A DNA stretch of 64,000 nt from Candidatus Poribacteria bacterium (GTDB lineage: Bacteria > Poribacteria > WGA-4E > GCA-2687025), in assembly GCA_963665845.2 (NCBI GenBank), contig OY762492.1, forward strand, positions 3,040,001 through 3,104,000, read 5' to 3'. The position numbers and the translations under genes are program-made. Positions 20,936 to 30,285 of this stretch are shown here, piece after piece. How positions within the stretch are numbered: position 1 is the stretch's first letter; each line of letters begins with the position of its first letter. The notes below the pieces were generated by a model. It ran no database searches and was not told where the DNA came from. It worked only from the letters and a program-made list of their open reading frames with translations.

Positions 20936-23124
20936 AACAACGATTGAAAAGAGCCGCCTCCTCCGCCTTTGTCCGAGCGTTCTTGATACTTGCGGCAGCG
21001 GTTGCGTTGGCGGTGTGGGCGTTCCTTTCCGCCTTTGAGCCGTCCATGAGGCAGACGCTTGAAGGGCATAGGAAGTCGGTACGCGCCATCGCCTATTCGC
21101 CGGACGGAACGCAGCTCGCCAGCGGCAGTTGGGACAATGACATTTGCATCTGGGATCTCAAGACCGGCGAGACGATCCGAACGCTTAAAGGGCATACAGA
21201 CGCGGTCAGAACCGTCGCCTTTTCGCCGGACGGAAAGCGTCTCGCCAGCGGCAGTTCGGACAATACCATCCGCATCTGGAACGCCGAAACCGGGGAGGCG
21301 ATCCGAACGCTTGAAGGGCATACGAACGCGGTCGTAACGGTCGCCTATTCGCCGAACGGAATGCAACTCGCCAGCTCCGGCAGGAACGAAGGAACCATTC
21401 GCATCTGGAACCCCGATACAGGAGAACCGCAGCAAACGTTCGATTCGGGTAGACGGTCTGCTCTCTATTCGATTTCTTATTCGCCGGACGGGGTGAAACT
21501 TGCCGCCGCCTACGGCGACAAAAAGATTCGCATCTGGGACGCCAAAACCGGCGCGCTTCTCAAAACGCTGACGGGACATGCGAACCATGTCGAATGCGTC
21601 GCCTATTCGCCGGACGGAACGAAACTTGTCAGCGTTAGTCCAACGGGCAATAAAAGGATTCATATCTGGGACGCCGAGACCGGCGCGTTCCTCCGAACGC
21701 TCAAAAGGTTTCTACACTCCGCCGCTATGGTCGCCTTTTCGCCGGACGGAAAAATGCTCGCCGGCGCCGGCAAAGATAGAACGATTCGGGTATGGGAGTT
21801 TTTCTCGGGAGAGATTCTTCAAACATATACGACAGATGGGAGCGTCTTGTCCATCGCCTTTTCGCCGGACGGGGCGGCGCTTGCCAGCAGCTCGCGCCGT
21901 CTTAGAGGTAAAGATGCGGTTCAAATCTGGGACGCCCCGTCCGCCCCAGCCGGCGCCTCGGTGAGAATCGAGGGCGAGCGGGAACATGGCGCGGGAGCCT
22001 TCGACGTGTCGATTGTCTTCAGCGAGAGCATGAAAAGTTTTGAACGGTCCGATATTCAGGTTGAAAACGGATCGGTAACCGCCTTCAGCGGCTCTGGGGA
22101 TTCCTATACAGCGGCCATACAGCCCTCTGGAATTCACACCGCGCGCGTATGGATTCCAAAGAAAGCCGCCGGCAACCATGGGCGTTCCAACACATTCGCC
22201 TTCTATCCGGCATTGAGAACGGCGATGGAGGAGAATGAGTATTTTAGGGCAGCCGCCTTTTCACCGGACGGCTCCATGCTTGCCAGCGCCGGCGCTTTTT
22301 CCAAGGTTCGAATTAGAGAGCTAGCGACCGGCAAGACGCAGCGCAGGCTTGACAGCGACGGACAACTCCGCATTGGCAGAAAGTACAGCGGAGTCAATTC
22401 GATTCTCTATTCGCCGGATGGCTCCATGCTCGCTGTCGGCAACATAGACATTCTGATTTGGGACGCCGCTGACTTTAAGAAGCTCCATACGCTCAAAAGA
22501 AGAGCGGAAGAAACCGTCTTGTCCATCGCTTTTTCGCCGGACAGCGCCATACTCGCCAGCGGCGGCGATGACGGTACCGTTCGCATCTGGAACCCGATCA
22601 CAGGCGAGCTGCTGCGAACGTTCACAGGGCGTCCAAGCGAGGTACAGCCGGTCGCGTTTTCGCCGGACGGAACCAAACTTGCCAGCTGCGCCCGCCGTAC
22701 GATTCACATCATGAATGTCAAAACAGGCGAAGAGCTGCGGACGATTCAGATGCAGTTCGGCAGGGCTGAAGCGGTTGTCTTTTCGCCGGACGGCTCCATG
22801 CTTGCCGGCGGCGGTCAAGACGATGTCGTCCGCATCTGGAGCGTCGAAACAGGCGAGGAGCTGCGAACGCTCACTGGACATACAGGCGCCGTTACATGCG
22901 CCGCCTTCTCGCCGGACGGCGCGATTCTCGCCAGCGGCAGCAGAGACGGTACCGTCCGCATCTGGAACCCGACAACCGGCGAGACTCTCCAAATGCTTGA
23001 AGGGCATCTAGGATGGATTGGGTCGGTCGTCTTTTCGCCGGACGGCTCCCAGCTTGCCGTTCTCAACTATGACCTTGAGCGCGCGATTTGCATTTGGGAT
23101 ATTGTCCCCTCGCCCGATCTTTAA
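20932..23124 (+). CDS. Membrane-anchored WD40 protein, tandem paralog of upstream gene
   Basis: Same architecture; ATGA start/stop overlap at 20932-20935; near-identical N-terminus. Confidence 0.92.
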   Translation: MKQRLKRAASSAFVRAFLILAAAVALAVWAFLSAFEPSMRQTLEGHRKSVRAIAYSPDGTQLASGSWDNDICIWDLKTGETIRTLKGHTDAVRTVAFSPDGKRLASGSSDNTIRIWNAETGEAIRTLEGHTNAVVTVAYSPNGMQLASSGRNEGTIRIWNPDTGEPQQTFDSGRRSALYSISYSPDGVKLAAAYGDKKIRIWDAKTGALLKTLTGHANHVECVAYSPDGTKLVSVSPTGNKRIHIWDAETGAFLRTLKRFLHSAAMVAFSPDGKMLAGAGKDRTIRVWEFFSGEILQTYTTDGSVLSIAFSPDGAALASSSRRLRGKDAVQIWDAPSAPAGASVRIEGEREHGAGAFDVSIVFSESMKSFERSDIQVENGSVTAFSGSGDSYTAAIQPSGIHTARVWIPKKAAGNHGRSNTFAFYPALRTAMEENEYFRAAAFSPDGSMLASAGAFSKVRIRELATGKTQRRLDSDGQLRIGRKYSGVNSILYSPDGSMLAVGNIDILIWDAADFKKLHTLKRRAEETVLSIAFSPDSAILASGGDDGTVRIWNPITGELLRTFTGRPSEVQPVAFSPDGTKLASCARRTIHIMNVKTGEELRTIQMQFGRAEAVVFSPDGSMLAGGGQDDVVRIWSVETGEELRTLTGHTGAVTCAAFSPDGAILASGSRDGTVRIWNPTTGETLQMLEGHLGWIGSVVFSPDGSQLAVLNYDLERAICIWDIVPSPDL

Positions 23125-23127
23125 ACC

Positions 23128-23349
23128 CTGACCTCATGCTTAAAGTTGGGACATCTCGGCATGGAAACGCGGACGGTTTCGGGGTGGACTCTGGATTCCC
23201 GCTTACGCGGGAATGACAGTCTGGTTGGCGGCGCATCGTCTTGTCAATCTTTCAAATCTTTTCATCTGAGTTTAAAGCTTAGGGAGCGGTTGCGAAGCCT
23301 TAAGATTCCCGCCCGTTTACCGCAGGGGCGGGAATGACGCTCTGGTCAG
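23128..23349. repeat. MITE-like/REP repeat copy; uninterrupted homolog of the IS110 insertion site
   Basis: Reverse complement of 23128-23234 closely matches the joined flanks 33450-33472 + 35012-35095. Confidence 0.85.
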
Positions 23350-23359
23350 GCGAAAGAAT

Positions 23360-23388
23360 TTGCCAAAACCAAAACGGCGCGCTATATT
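23360..23388 (+). promoter_or_regulatory. sigma70-type promoter for tRNA-Arg
   Basis: TTGCCA-N17-TATATT, 8 nt upstream of the tRNA. Confidence 0.7.
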
Positions 23389-23396
23389 AAATGCAG

Positions 23397-23472
23397 GCGT
23401 CCATAGCTCAACGGATAGAGCATCAGACTTCGGATCTGAGGGTTGGGGGTTCGAATCCTCCTGGGCGCGCCA
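23397..23472 (+). tRNA. tRNA-Arg (anticodon TCG)
   Basis: 76 nt; acceptor GCGTCCA/TGGGCGC, anticodon arm TCAGA-CTTCGGA-TCTGA, GGTTCGAATCC T-arm, encoded CCA. Confidence 0.95.
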
Positions 23473-23561
23473 ACGCGATGGAGCGCCCCTCTCCGAACGA
23501 TCTCGACCGCGCGCAAAAACCTATGGGCGCAAGCCATGCCGACCCAAGACGGAGGGCGTAC

Positions 23562-24665
23562 ATGTCAGAGCAGTCAACAGCGTGGAAAGACGACTGGCGC
23601 GATCTCTTCAAAAACGGCGTCAAAAAAGCGGACGACCTGGAGCCGTTTCTCACCCCCGAAGAGATGGAGGAAGCCAGGCGAATCGAAAAAGAATTCCCGG
23701 TGCGAATCAACCAGTACTACATGGGACTCATCGAAGAAAAAGACGACCCGATCTGGAAACAGGTCGTCCCCGACAAACTGGAACTGATCGACACCTACGG
23801 ATGCGAAGACCCGCTCGATGAGGAGGGCGACAGCCCCGTCCTGAACCTCACGCACCGCTACCCGGACCGCGTTCTGTTTTACATCAACCATCAATGCCCG
23901 ATCTACTGCCGATTTTGCACCCGAAAGCGGAAAGTCGGCGACCCGCACTCTCTCCCGAAAGACGAAATCCTGCGCGGCATCGAATATATCCGCGAGCATA
24001 CCGAAATACGCGACATCGTCATCTCCGGCGGCGACGCGCTCATGCTGTCCGACAACCGCATCGAGTGGGTTCTGCAGCAGCTGCGCAGCGTTCCGCATCT
24101 GGAAATCCTGCGCATCGCGTCGCGCATTCCGTGCGCTCTGCCGCAGCGCGTCACCCCAGAGCTGTGCGATATGCTGCGCAAATACCACCCGCTTTACATC
24201 AACACCCATTTCAACCATCCGCGCGAGGTCACGCCGGAAGCGGCGAAGGCGTGCGGAATGCTGGCGGACGCGGGCATCCCGCTCGGCTGTCAAACCGTCC
24301 TGCTGAAAGGCGTCAACGACGACCCTGAAGTGATGAAAGAGCTGATGCAGAAGCTGCTGAGCATCCGCGTCAAGCCGTACTACATCTATCAGGCGGATCT
24401 GGTGTACGGGACGGAGCATTTTCGCACATCGGTTGAAAAGGGGCTGGAGATCATCCGCGCGTTGCGGGGGCATACATCGGGAATGGCGGTGCCGCATTAT
24501 GTGATCGACGCGCCGGGCGGCGGCGGCAAAATCGCCCTGACGCCCGAAGCGGTGGTCGACTGGAACGAGAACGAGATCGTCCTGCGCAACTATGAAGGCA
24601 AGATCTACCGGTATCCGAACCTGAACGACGCCGGCGGCGCTCTCTCCGCGTTCAACGCCGATTGA
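23562..24665 (+). CDS. kamA: KamA-family radical SAM protein (lysine 2,3-aminomutase-like)
   Basis: THRYPDR, CPIYCRFC, SGGD, HFNHP, APGGGGK; start moved to ATG 23562 after GGAGG. Confidence 0.9.
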   Translation: MSEQSTAWKDDWRDLFKNGVKKADDLEPFLTPEEMEEARRIEKEFPVRINQYYMGLIEEKDDPIWKQVVPDKLELIDTYGCEDPLDEEGDSPVLNLTHRYPDRVLFYINHQCPIYCRFCTRKRKVGDPHSLPKDEILRGIEYIREHTEIRDIVISGGDALMLSDNRIEWVLQQLRSVPHLEILRIASRIPCALPQRVTPELCDMLRKYHPLYINTHFNHPREVTPEAAKACGMLADAGIPLGCQTVLLKGVNDDPEVMKELMQKLLSIRVKPYYIYQADLVYGTEHFRTSVEKGLEIIRALRGHTSGMAVPHYVIDAPGGGGKIALTPEAVVDWNENEIVLRNYEGKIYRYPNLNDAGGALSAFNAD

Positions 24666-24671
24666 ACCGCC

Positions 24672-25088
24672 ATGGGCGACTGCGTCATGCTGCGGGGCGT
24701 CCGATTTTTCGGCAGGCACGGCGTCAGCCGGAGCGAACGCAAGGTTGGGCAATGGTACTCGGTTGACATAGACCTCCGCTTGGACTTAACCCGCGCCGGC
24801 GAAACGGACGACCTGAAGCAGACGGTCGACTATGCGGAGGTGTGCAAGCTGATTGTCAAAACGGGAACGCGCCGGCGGTTTCGGTTGATGGAGGCGCTGG
24901 CGCATCAGATGGCGCAGGAGATTTTTAAGGCGCATCCGTCCGTTGAAAACGCGCGCGTTCGCGTTGTCAAGACGCCGCCGGCGGGTCTCGTCGCTGACCT
25001 GCATCGCGCGGGGACGCTGGAATACGCCGCCGTCGAAATTGAACGGGTCAACGAACCTGAAGCCGAATCGCTGGACGAAGAAAAATGA
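24672..25088 (+). CDS. folB: Dihydroneopterin aldolase
   Basis: GRHGV..ER..GQ, DDL..TVDY, LMEALA, VVK. Confidence 0.92.
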   Translation: MGDCVMLRGVRFFGRHGVSRSERKVGQWYSVDIDLRLDLTRAGETDDLKQTVDYAEVCKLIVKTGTRRRFRLMEALAHQMAQEIFKAHPSVENARVRVVKTPPAGLVADLHRAGTLEYAAVEIERVNEPEAESLDEEK

Positions 25089-25969
25089 ATCGAGAGCGCT
25101 CCATCGCTGTCATTGTGAACCCGGCGGCTGGAAAAGGACGCGCCAAACGGTATGCGAATCAGGTTCAGCAGGCGATCCCGCATGCCGAAATTCTTTTTAC
25201 CGAACGCCCAGGGCATGGGACGGAGATTGCTAAAGAAGCGGCGGAACGCGGCGTTGAAATCGCGGCGGCTCTCGGCGGGGACGGCACGGTGCGCGAGACA
25301 GCCGCCGGCCTCTTCGGCTCCGAGACGGCGCTCGGCGTCCTTCCCCTCGGCTCCGGCAACGACTTCGCCCGCGCGCTCAACATATCGCTTCAGCTGGACA
25401 AGGCGCTGGACGCGCTTCTGAACGCCGAATACCGCCAGGTCGATGTCGGCGAGGATGCGGACGGGCTTTTTGTGTGTATGAGCGGCGTCGGCTTCGCGTC
25501 CGAGGTGACGCGCAACGCCGCCAACGCGCGCCTCTTTCGCGGTCCCGCCGCTTACGCCTACGGCGTCGTCAAAGCGCTTCTCCAAATGCGCCCCGTTCCG
25601 ATACGGCTGCATCTGGACGGCGACACGCGCGAAATGGAAGCGCTGTTCGTCCTGGCGCAGAACATACCTTACTGCGGCGGCGGACAGCTGATGGCGCCGG
25701 ACGCGCTGATGGACGACGGAAAGCTGGATGCGGTCGTAGTGGAACCGGTCGGTCGGCTGGAGCTGCTGCGCATTTTCCCGCGCGTCTATTCAGGGCGGCA
25801 CATAGAGCATCCCGCATGCCATGTGTTTCGATCCAGCGCCGTACGGATCGAGAGCGAGCGTCCGTTATTGAAGCTGCTGGACGGCGACCTGACAGGCGAC
25901 GCGCCGCTCGATTCGCGTATTCATTCACGGGCGTTGAGAGTCGCGGCGCCGTCCTCTTCCTCCTCCTGA
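25085..25969 (+). CDS. Diacylglycerol/lipid kinase family (YegS/BmrU-like)
   Basis: VNPAAGKG, GGDGT, PLGSGNDFA, DDGKLD. Confidence 0.92.
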   Translation: MNRERSIAVIVNPAAGKGRAKRYANQVQQAIPHAEILFTERPGHGTEIAKEAAERGVEIAAALGGDGTVRETAAGLFGSETALGVLPLGSGNDFARALNISLQLDKALDALLNAEYRQVDVGEDADGLFVCMSGVGFASEVTRNAANARLFRGPAAYAYGVVKALLQMRPVPIRLHLDGDTREMEALFVLAQNIPYCGGGQLMAPDALMDDGKLDAVVVEPVGRLELLRIFPRVYSGRHIEHPACHVFRSSAVRIESERPLLKLLDGDLTGDAPLDSRIHSRALRVAAPSSSSS

Positions 25970-27318
25970 CCCTCCATCTGCTCTAATCGTCGATACAGCG
26001 TCCGCAAGCCGATGCCGAGTATGCGCGCCGCTTCCGATTTATTGCCGCCCGCCGCCTTCAGCGTTTCCATGATCGCCATCTTTTCGATCTCCTCCATGCG
26101 CATGCCGACCTGAAAAACGGCGCCTTTGGCGGCAAGCTGCGACGGCGCGTCCGGCAGATCGGAGGGGCGTATCTCGGACCCGTCCACATTCAGCGCGAGA
26201 TACTGTACGGTGTTGCGCAGCTGGCGCACATTGCCCGACCAGCCGCGCGCCTGCAGAATGCGCACGGTCGCCGCGTCCATGCGCTTCGGGGCGACGCCAT
26301 GCTCCTCAATCGCTTTTTCTAAAAAATGCTCAATCAGCAGCGGTATGTCGTCCCGCCGGTCGCGCAGCGGGGGCATCGTGATCGGAAACACATTGAGCCG
26401 ATGAAACAGGTCTTCGCGGAACTCCCCCTCCGCCGCCGTTTTTTCAAGATCGCGGTTCGTTGAGGCGAGGATGCGCGCGTCAATCCGTATCGGGCGCGTT
26501 CCGCCGACGCGCATGATCTCTTTTTCTTCTAGGACGCGCAGCAGCTTTGCCTGCGCTTCCAGCGTCATTTCGCCGATCTCGTCCAGCAGGAGCGTTCCGC
26601 CGTCCGCCTCTTCAAAATAACCGGGCTTGTCGCGCGCCGCCCCGGTGAACGCGCCGCGCATATAACCGAACAGCTCGCTCTCGACCAGCTCGCGCGTCAC
26701 CGCCGCGCAGTTGAACGCGAGAAAACGCCGCTCCCGCCGCGGGCTAAGGTTATGAACGGCGCGCGCCGCCAGCTCTTTCCCCGTCCCGCTTTCGCCCATG
26801 ATCAGCGCTGTCACGTTGGTCGGGGCGACCCGCCGTATCTCCTGATACACGTTGCGCATCGCGCTGGAGCGCCCGATCATGTTTTCTAAGCCGAAGGCGG
26901 AGTCCAGCTGCGACTGCAGCTCTTCGTTCTGCCGTTCCAGCTCATATTTTTCTAGCGCTTTTTGGACGCGCGCCCGCGCCGCGTCGATGTTGAGCGGCTT
27001 TTCTAAAAAATCGAGCGCCCCCGCCTGCATCGCCGACACCGCGTCCTCAATGGAGCCGTATCCGCTCATGACGATCATCTGAACGTTCGGGCGCGCTTTT
27101 TTCGCTTTTGAAAGCAGCTCATGCCCGCTCATAGAGGGCATTTTCAGGTCGGTCAACACGGCGGCGACCTGCTCTTTTTTCAGTATCTTGAGCGCTTCTT
27201 CGCCGCTTCCCGCCTGCCGCGTTTGCACCTTTTCACGCCTAAAGATGCGCGCGACCGCCTCCCGCTCCGAGGCTTGGTCGTCCACAATCAACACGATCGG
27301 CTGCGTCTCGCTGCTCAT
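25921..27318 (-). CDS. sigma54-dependent response regulator (NtrC family)
   Basis: Receiver domain, GESGTGKE, GAFTGA, LLLDEIGE, C-terminal Fis-type HTH; start placed at MSSETQP. Confidence 0.95.
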   Translation of the reverse strand: MSSETQPIVLIVDDQASEREAVARIFRREKVQTRQAGSGEEALKILKKEQVAAVLTDLKMPSMSGHELLSKAKKARPNVQMIVMSGYGSIEDAVSAMQAGALDFLEKPLNIDAARARVQKALEKYELERQNEELQSQLDSAFGLENMIGRSSAMRNVYQEIRRVAPTNVTALIMGESGTGKELAARAVHNLSPRRERRFLAFNCAAVTRELVESELFGYMRGAFTGAARDKPGYFEEADGGTLLLDEIGEMTLEAQAKLLRVLEEKEIMRVGGTRPIRIDARILASTNRDLEKTAAEGEFREDLFHRLNVFPITMPPLRDRRDDIPLLIEHFLEKAIEEHGVAPKRMDAATVRILQARGWSGNVRQLRNTVQYLALNVDGSEIRPSDLPDAPSQLAAKGAVFQVGMRMEEIEKMAIMETLKAAGGNKSEAARILGIGLRTLYRRLEQMEGQEEEEDGAATLNARE

Positions 27319-27328
27319 CGTTCCCCGT

Positions 27329-28117
27329 TCATCGTTTTGACAACTCTCGAATCGGCCAGCGGAACTCCACCAGCGCGCCGCCTCCCCCTGGGCGGTTTCC
27401 CGCCTCAACGGTTCCGCCGTGCAGCTCCGCCGCCTGCCGCGCGACCGACATGCCGAGTCCGGTGCCGCCGGGCTTTGTGGAAAAGAACGGCTCAAAAATG
27501 CGCCCCTCCGCCTCCTGAGCGATGCCGATGCCGGCGTCCGTAAACAGAACCTGTACAGACGAGGGAGACTCGCTGTCGTCCTGGCGCGCCTCCACCTTCA
27601 ATTCGCCGCCGTCCTGCATCGCCTGAAAAGCGTTCAGAATCACATTCAAAAACGCTTGCTGAAGCAGCTTCGGGTCCGCCGCCATAACCGGCAACGGTTC
27701 AATCTCTCGAACAATCTCGATGCCGCTCTGCTCCGCCGTCGGCGTCATGAAGTCTAACGTATCCTCGATGAGTTGACCAATATCGGCCGCTTCGGCGCGC
27801 ATCATGATTCGCGCGTAACGCTGAAAATCGGACAGCACCGCCTCAAGCCGCTCCGCTTCGTTGCGGATGAGACCAAGCTGCGCCTTCAGATCCTCCTTGT
27901 CGATCTCGTCCTCTTTCAGGTCTTCTTCCAGAAGCTGAACCGTGACGCTCATCGCGTTCAGCGGGTTGCGTATTTCATGCGCCAGCCCGCGCATGACCTC
28001 ATACTGCGGCGGCGCCCAGGGGAGCGCGTCCCGTTTTGGCAGGCGCGTACGAAGCAGCGCCATCAGAGCGGCGCCGCCGCAAAACCCGACCAAGCCCGCG
28101 ATGATCCACCAACCCAA
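27329..28117 (-). CDS. Two-component sensor histidine kinase (one TM, minimal sensor)
   Basis: LAHEIRNPL, N box, DAGIG, FFSTKPGGTGLG. Confidence 0.9.
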   Translation of the reverse strand: MGWWIIAGLVGFCGGAALMALLRTRLPKRDALPWAPPQYEVMRGLAHEIRNPLNAMSVTVQLLEEDLKEDEIDKEDLKAQLGLIRNEAERLEAVLSDFQRYARIMMRAEAADIGQLIEDTLDFMTPTAEQSGIEIVREIEPLPVMAADPKLLQQAFLNVILNAFQAMQDGGELKVEARQDDSESPSSVQVLFTDAGIGIAQEAEGRIFEPFFSTKPGGTGLGMSVARQAAELHGGTVEAGNRPGGGGALVEFRWPIRELSKR

Positions 28118-28122
28118 CGATT

Positions 28123-29379
28123 TCAGCCCGTCTCGGCGATGCGTTCCGACTCGCGCCGGTACGCGTTTTCATTAAACAGCAGAAAAAACGCCGCCGCCGC
28201 AACGACCGTCAACGCAATGGGAACCATATAAATCCATGTCCATTCGTATCCGCCGTCCGGCAGTTTGTAACGCCCATGGATCCATCCGCTCAAAAAATGT
28301 CCAGCCAGCATGCCAAGCCCGTTCGTGGCGAAGACGATCAACCCTTGCGCGCTCGCGCGGATGTCGGACGGGCTAAGGCGCTCCACGGCGACCATTCCGC
28401 CCACAAAGAAAAAGGCGTAGCAGACGCCATGCAGCGCCTGCGATCCGATCACCAGCCAGGTTGGCTCCCCCAGCGCGAAGATGGTATAACGAATGGGCCA
28501 GGCAAGTATCCCTAACAGGATCGTTGTTTTCATGCCGAGGCGCCGTATCGACGGAAACAGCAGCAGCATGACCAGTATCTCGGCTACCTGTCCGATCGTC
28601 ATGGCGAAGGTTGCCGAACTGCTTGGGAGGCCGATTCCCGCCGCCGCGTCCGTAAAGAAAAGAAAGGTGAGGTTGTAGTAAAACGGCAGCTCAATCGCCA
28701 CCAGAAACGAGATGATGAGCAGCGCCGCAAAGTTGCGGTTGCGCATCAACGAGAGCGCTTCTAGGAACGCATACGGGTTTTTCGCCTCTTTGGCGGGGGG
28801 CGTTTTCGGAAGCGTGAGGCAGTAGACGCCCATCAGAACGCCGACGCAGGCGGCAAGAAGCAGCGAATCCCCCACCTTGCCGCCGCTCATCCCTTGCCCT
28901 TCCCAGTGAGCCAGATACCGCGCCAACGCCCAGTTGACCGCGATCCAGCCGATCGTTCCCCAAACGCGGACGGCGCCGAACTTCTCCGATTCGCCCAGAT
29001 GCCGAAACGCGACCGCGTTGGTGAGCGCGACGGTCGGCATATACAGAATGGCGTGGATCAGAATCGCCGTCCAGAACGGCGCGAACTCGGTCTGTCGATG
29101 CGTAAAGAACAGCGCGCCGGCAGAGAGAAAATGCGACGCGGCGGCGAAGTATTGAGCCGAGACGAATCGGTCGGCGATCCAACCGGCAATCAACGGCGAC
29201 AGCAGCGAGCCGAACGCTGTCGTGCCAAACACGAGCGCCATCTGAAACTCGGTGAATTCCAGATACTGCATATGCCCCGCAATCACCGGCGCCCAGAAAC
29301 CCCAAATCGCGAACTGGAGCAGCATCATGAGGGAGAGGCGCGGGTATGCAAGGCGCGTTTGAGGCATCGTCATTCTCAC
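28123..29379 (-). CDS. MFS nucleoside:H+ symporter family transporter
   Basis: LQFAIWGFW, IADRF, VRVWGTIGW, GQVAE, ASAQG. Confidence 0.9.
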   Translation of the reverse strand: MRMTMPQTRLAYPRLSLMMLLQFAIWGFWAPVIAGHMQYLEFTEFQMALVFGTTAFGSLLSPLIAGWIADRFVSAQYFAAASHFLSAGALFFTHRQTEFAPFWTAILIHAILYMPTVALTNAVAFRHLGESEKFGAVRVWGTIGWIAVNWALARYLAHWEGQGMSGGKVGDSLLLAACVGVLMGVYCLTLPKTPPAKEAKNPYAFLEALSLMRNRNFAALLIISFLVAIELPFYYNLTFLFFTDAAAGIGLPSSSATFAMTIGQVAEILVMLLLFPSIRRLGMKTTILLGILAWPIRYTIFALGEPTWLVIGSQALHGVCYAFFFVGGMVAVERLSPSDIRASAQGLIVFATNGLGMLAGHFLSGWIHGRYKLPDGGYEWTWIYMVPIALTVVAAAAFFLLFNENAYRRESERIAETG

Positions 29380-29427
29380 AGGAACGAAGCGCCCCGGCGA
29401 AACCGAGGCGCTTCAGTCAGGGTCGGT

Positions 29428-30231
29428 TCACTGCGTCTTGACCGCCGCCCATGTGGAGGTCAATTTGCCGGCAGGATCGACCGATGTCGGCACGTCGGTG
29501 ACACTGTCGGCGAGCGTGTGCGCGTCGTCCAGACCGCCGGAGCCGACCGCCAAGTAGAACGCGATCGGGTCGCTTGTCTGCCCTGCGGTCAGGTCTTGGG
29601 ACAGGTTGTCATGGATAAGGTGCATCCGCCCGTCCGCCTGCCATGCGTCATTCACCGCCGCCGTTCCGTTCTCGGTGTACATGGCAAAGTACCCGTCGCT
29701 GTTTGCGAAGGCGACATGGTGGAATGGGTCTTCCCACAGCATATACTGATTTTCAGCGCCTTTTCCGTTGCGCGGTTCGCACATCGGCTCATGCCCGTTG
29801 GTGAGCGATGCCAAGGCGGCGCTCGCTTCAATGGCGAGCTCATGCTTGAAGTAGGGGACGCCGTCCCAGTAGGTGGCGGTGACATGGTACAGCTTGCTGC
29901 CGCCGTCGTTCATGACATATTTCATGACAAGGTAGCCGCCTCCTTCTTCGACGATGTTCACCTCAGCGGCGGCTCCCCAGTCGCGCCATCCGCCGTAGTT
30001 GGAGGAGTGGTAGAAATTGCGCCCCTGGTCGGCTCCGAGAAGGCTGCCCCCGTCCACAATCGCTTGCGAGTAGCCGGCTTGCGCCGCCACTTTGAAGTGA
30101 ACCGTGTACCCGTCCGTTTCAATGATCCAGACGCCGTTGTCTTCCGAAACTGACACCGCCGACGCATGGCTGACTCCGAGCGCCATGACAACGGAAATGA
30201 GAAGGCTCAACAGCGTTTTACGAATGTTCAT
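29428..30231 (-). CDS. Secreted protein, family A paralog 1, C-terminal VDPAGKLTSTWAAVK motif
   Basis: Signal peptide MNIRK...ASA; homologous to three other genes in the window. Confidence 0.85.
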   Translation of the reverse strand: MNIRKTLLSLLISVVMALGVSHASAVSVSEDNGVWIIETDGYTVHFKVAAQAGYSQAIVDGGSLLGADQGRNFYHSSNYGGWRDWGAAAEVNIVEEGGGYLVMKYVMNDGGSKLYHVTATYWDGVPYFKHELAIEASAALASLTNGHEPMCEPRNGKGAENQYMLWEDPFHHVAFANSDGYFAMYTENGTAAVNDAWQADGRMHLIHDNLSQDLTAGQTSDPIAFYLAVGSGGLDDAHTLADSVTDVPTSVDPAGKLTSTWAAVKTQ

Positions 30232-30285
30232 GCGATTCCTTTCAGTAGTTGCGCCGCGCCTCAACTGCGCGGCATTTGAGTGAGA

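Noticed and set aside
23397-23560. tRNA as integration site of an island
   Set aside because: No integrase and no duplicated tRNA 3' end found in the window
23391-23561. N-terminal extension of kamA in the ORF track
   Set aside because: Overlaps the tRNA-Arg gene; RBS supports the ATG at 23562
25921-25969. 49-bp convergent overlap of lipid kinase and response regulator
   Set aside because: Low-complexity tails; common in GC-rich genomes and no functional signal visible
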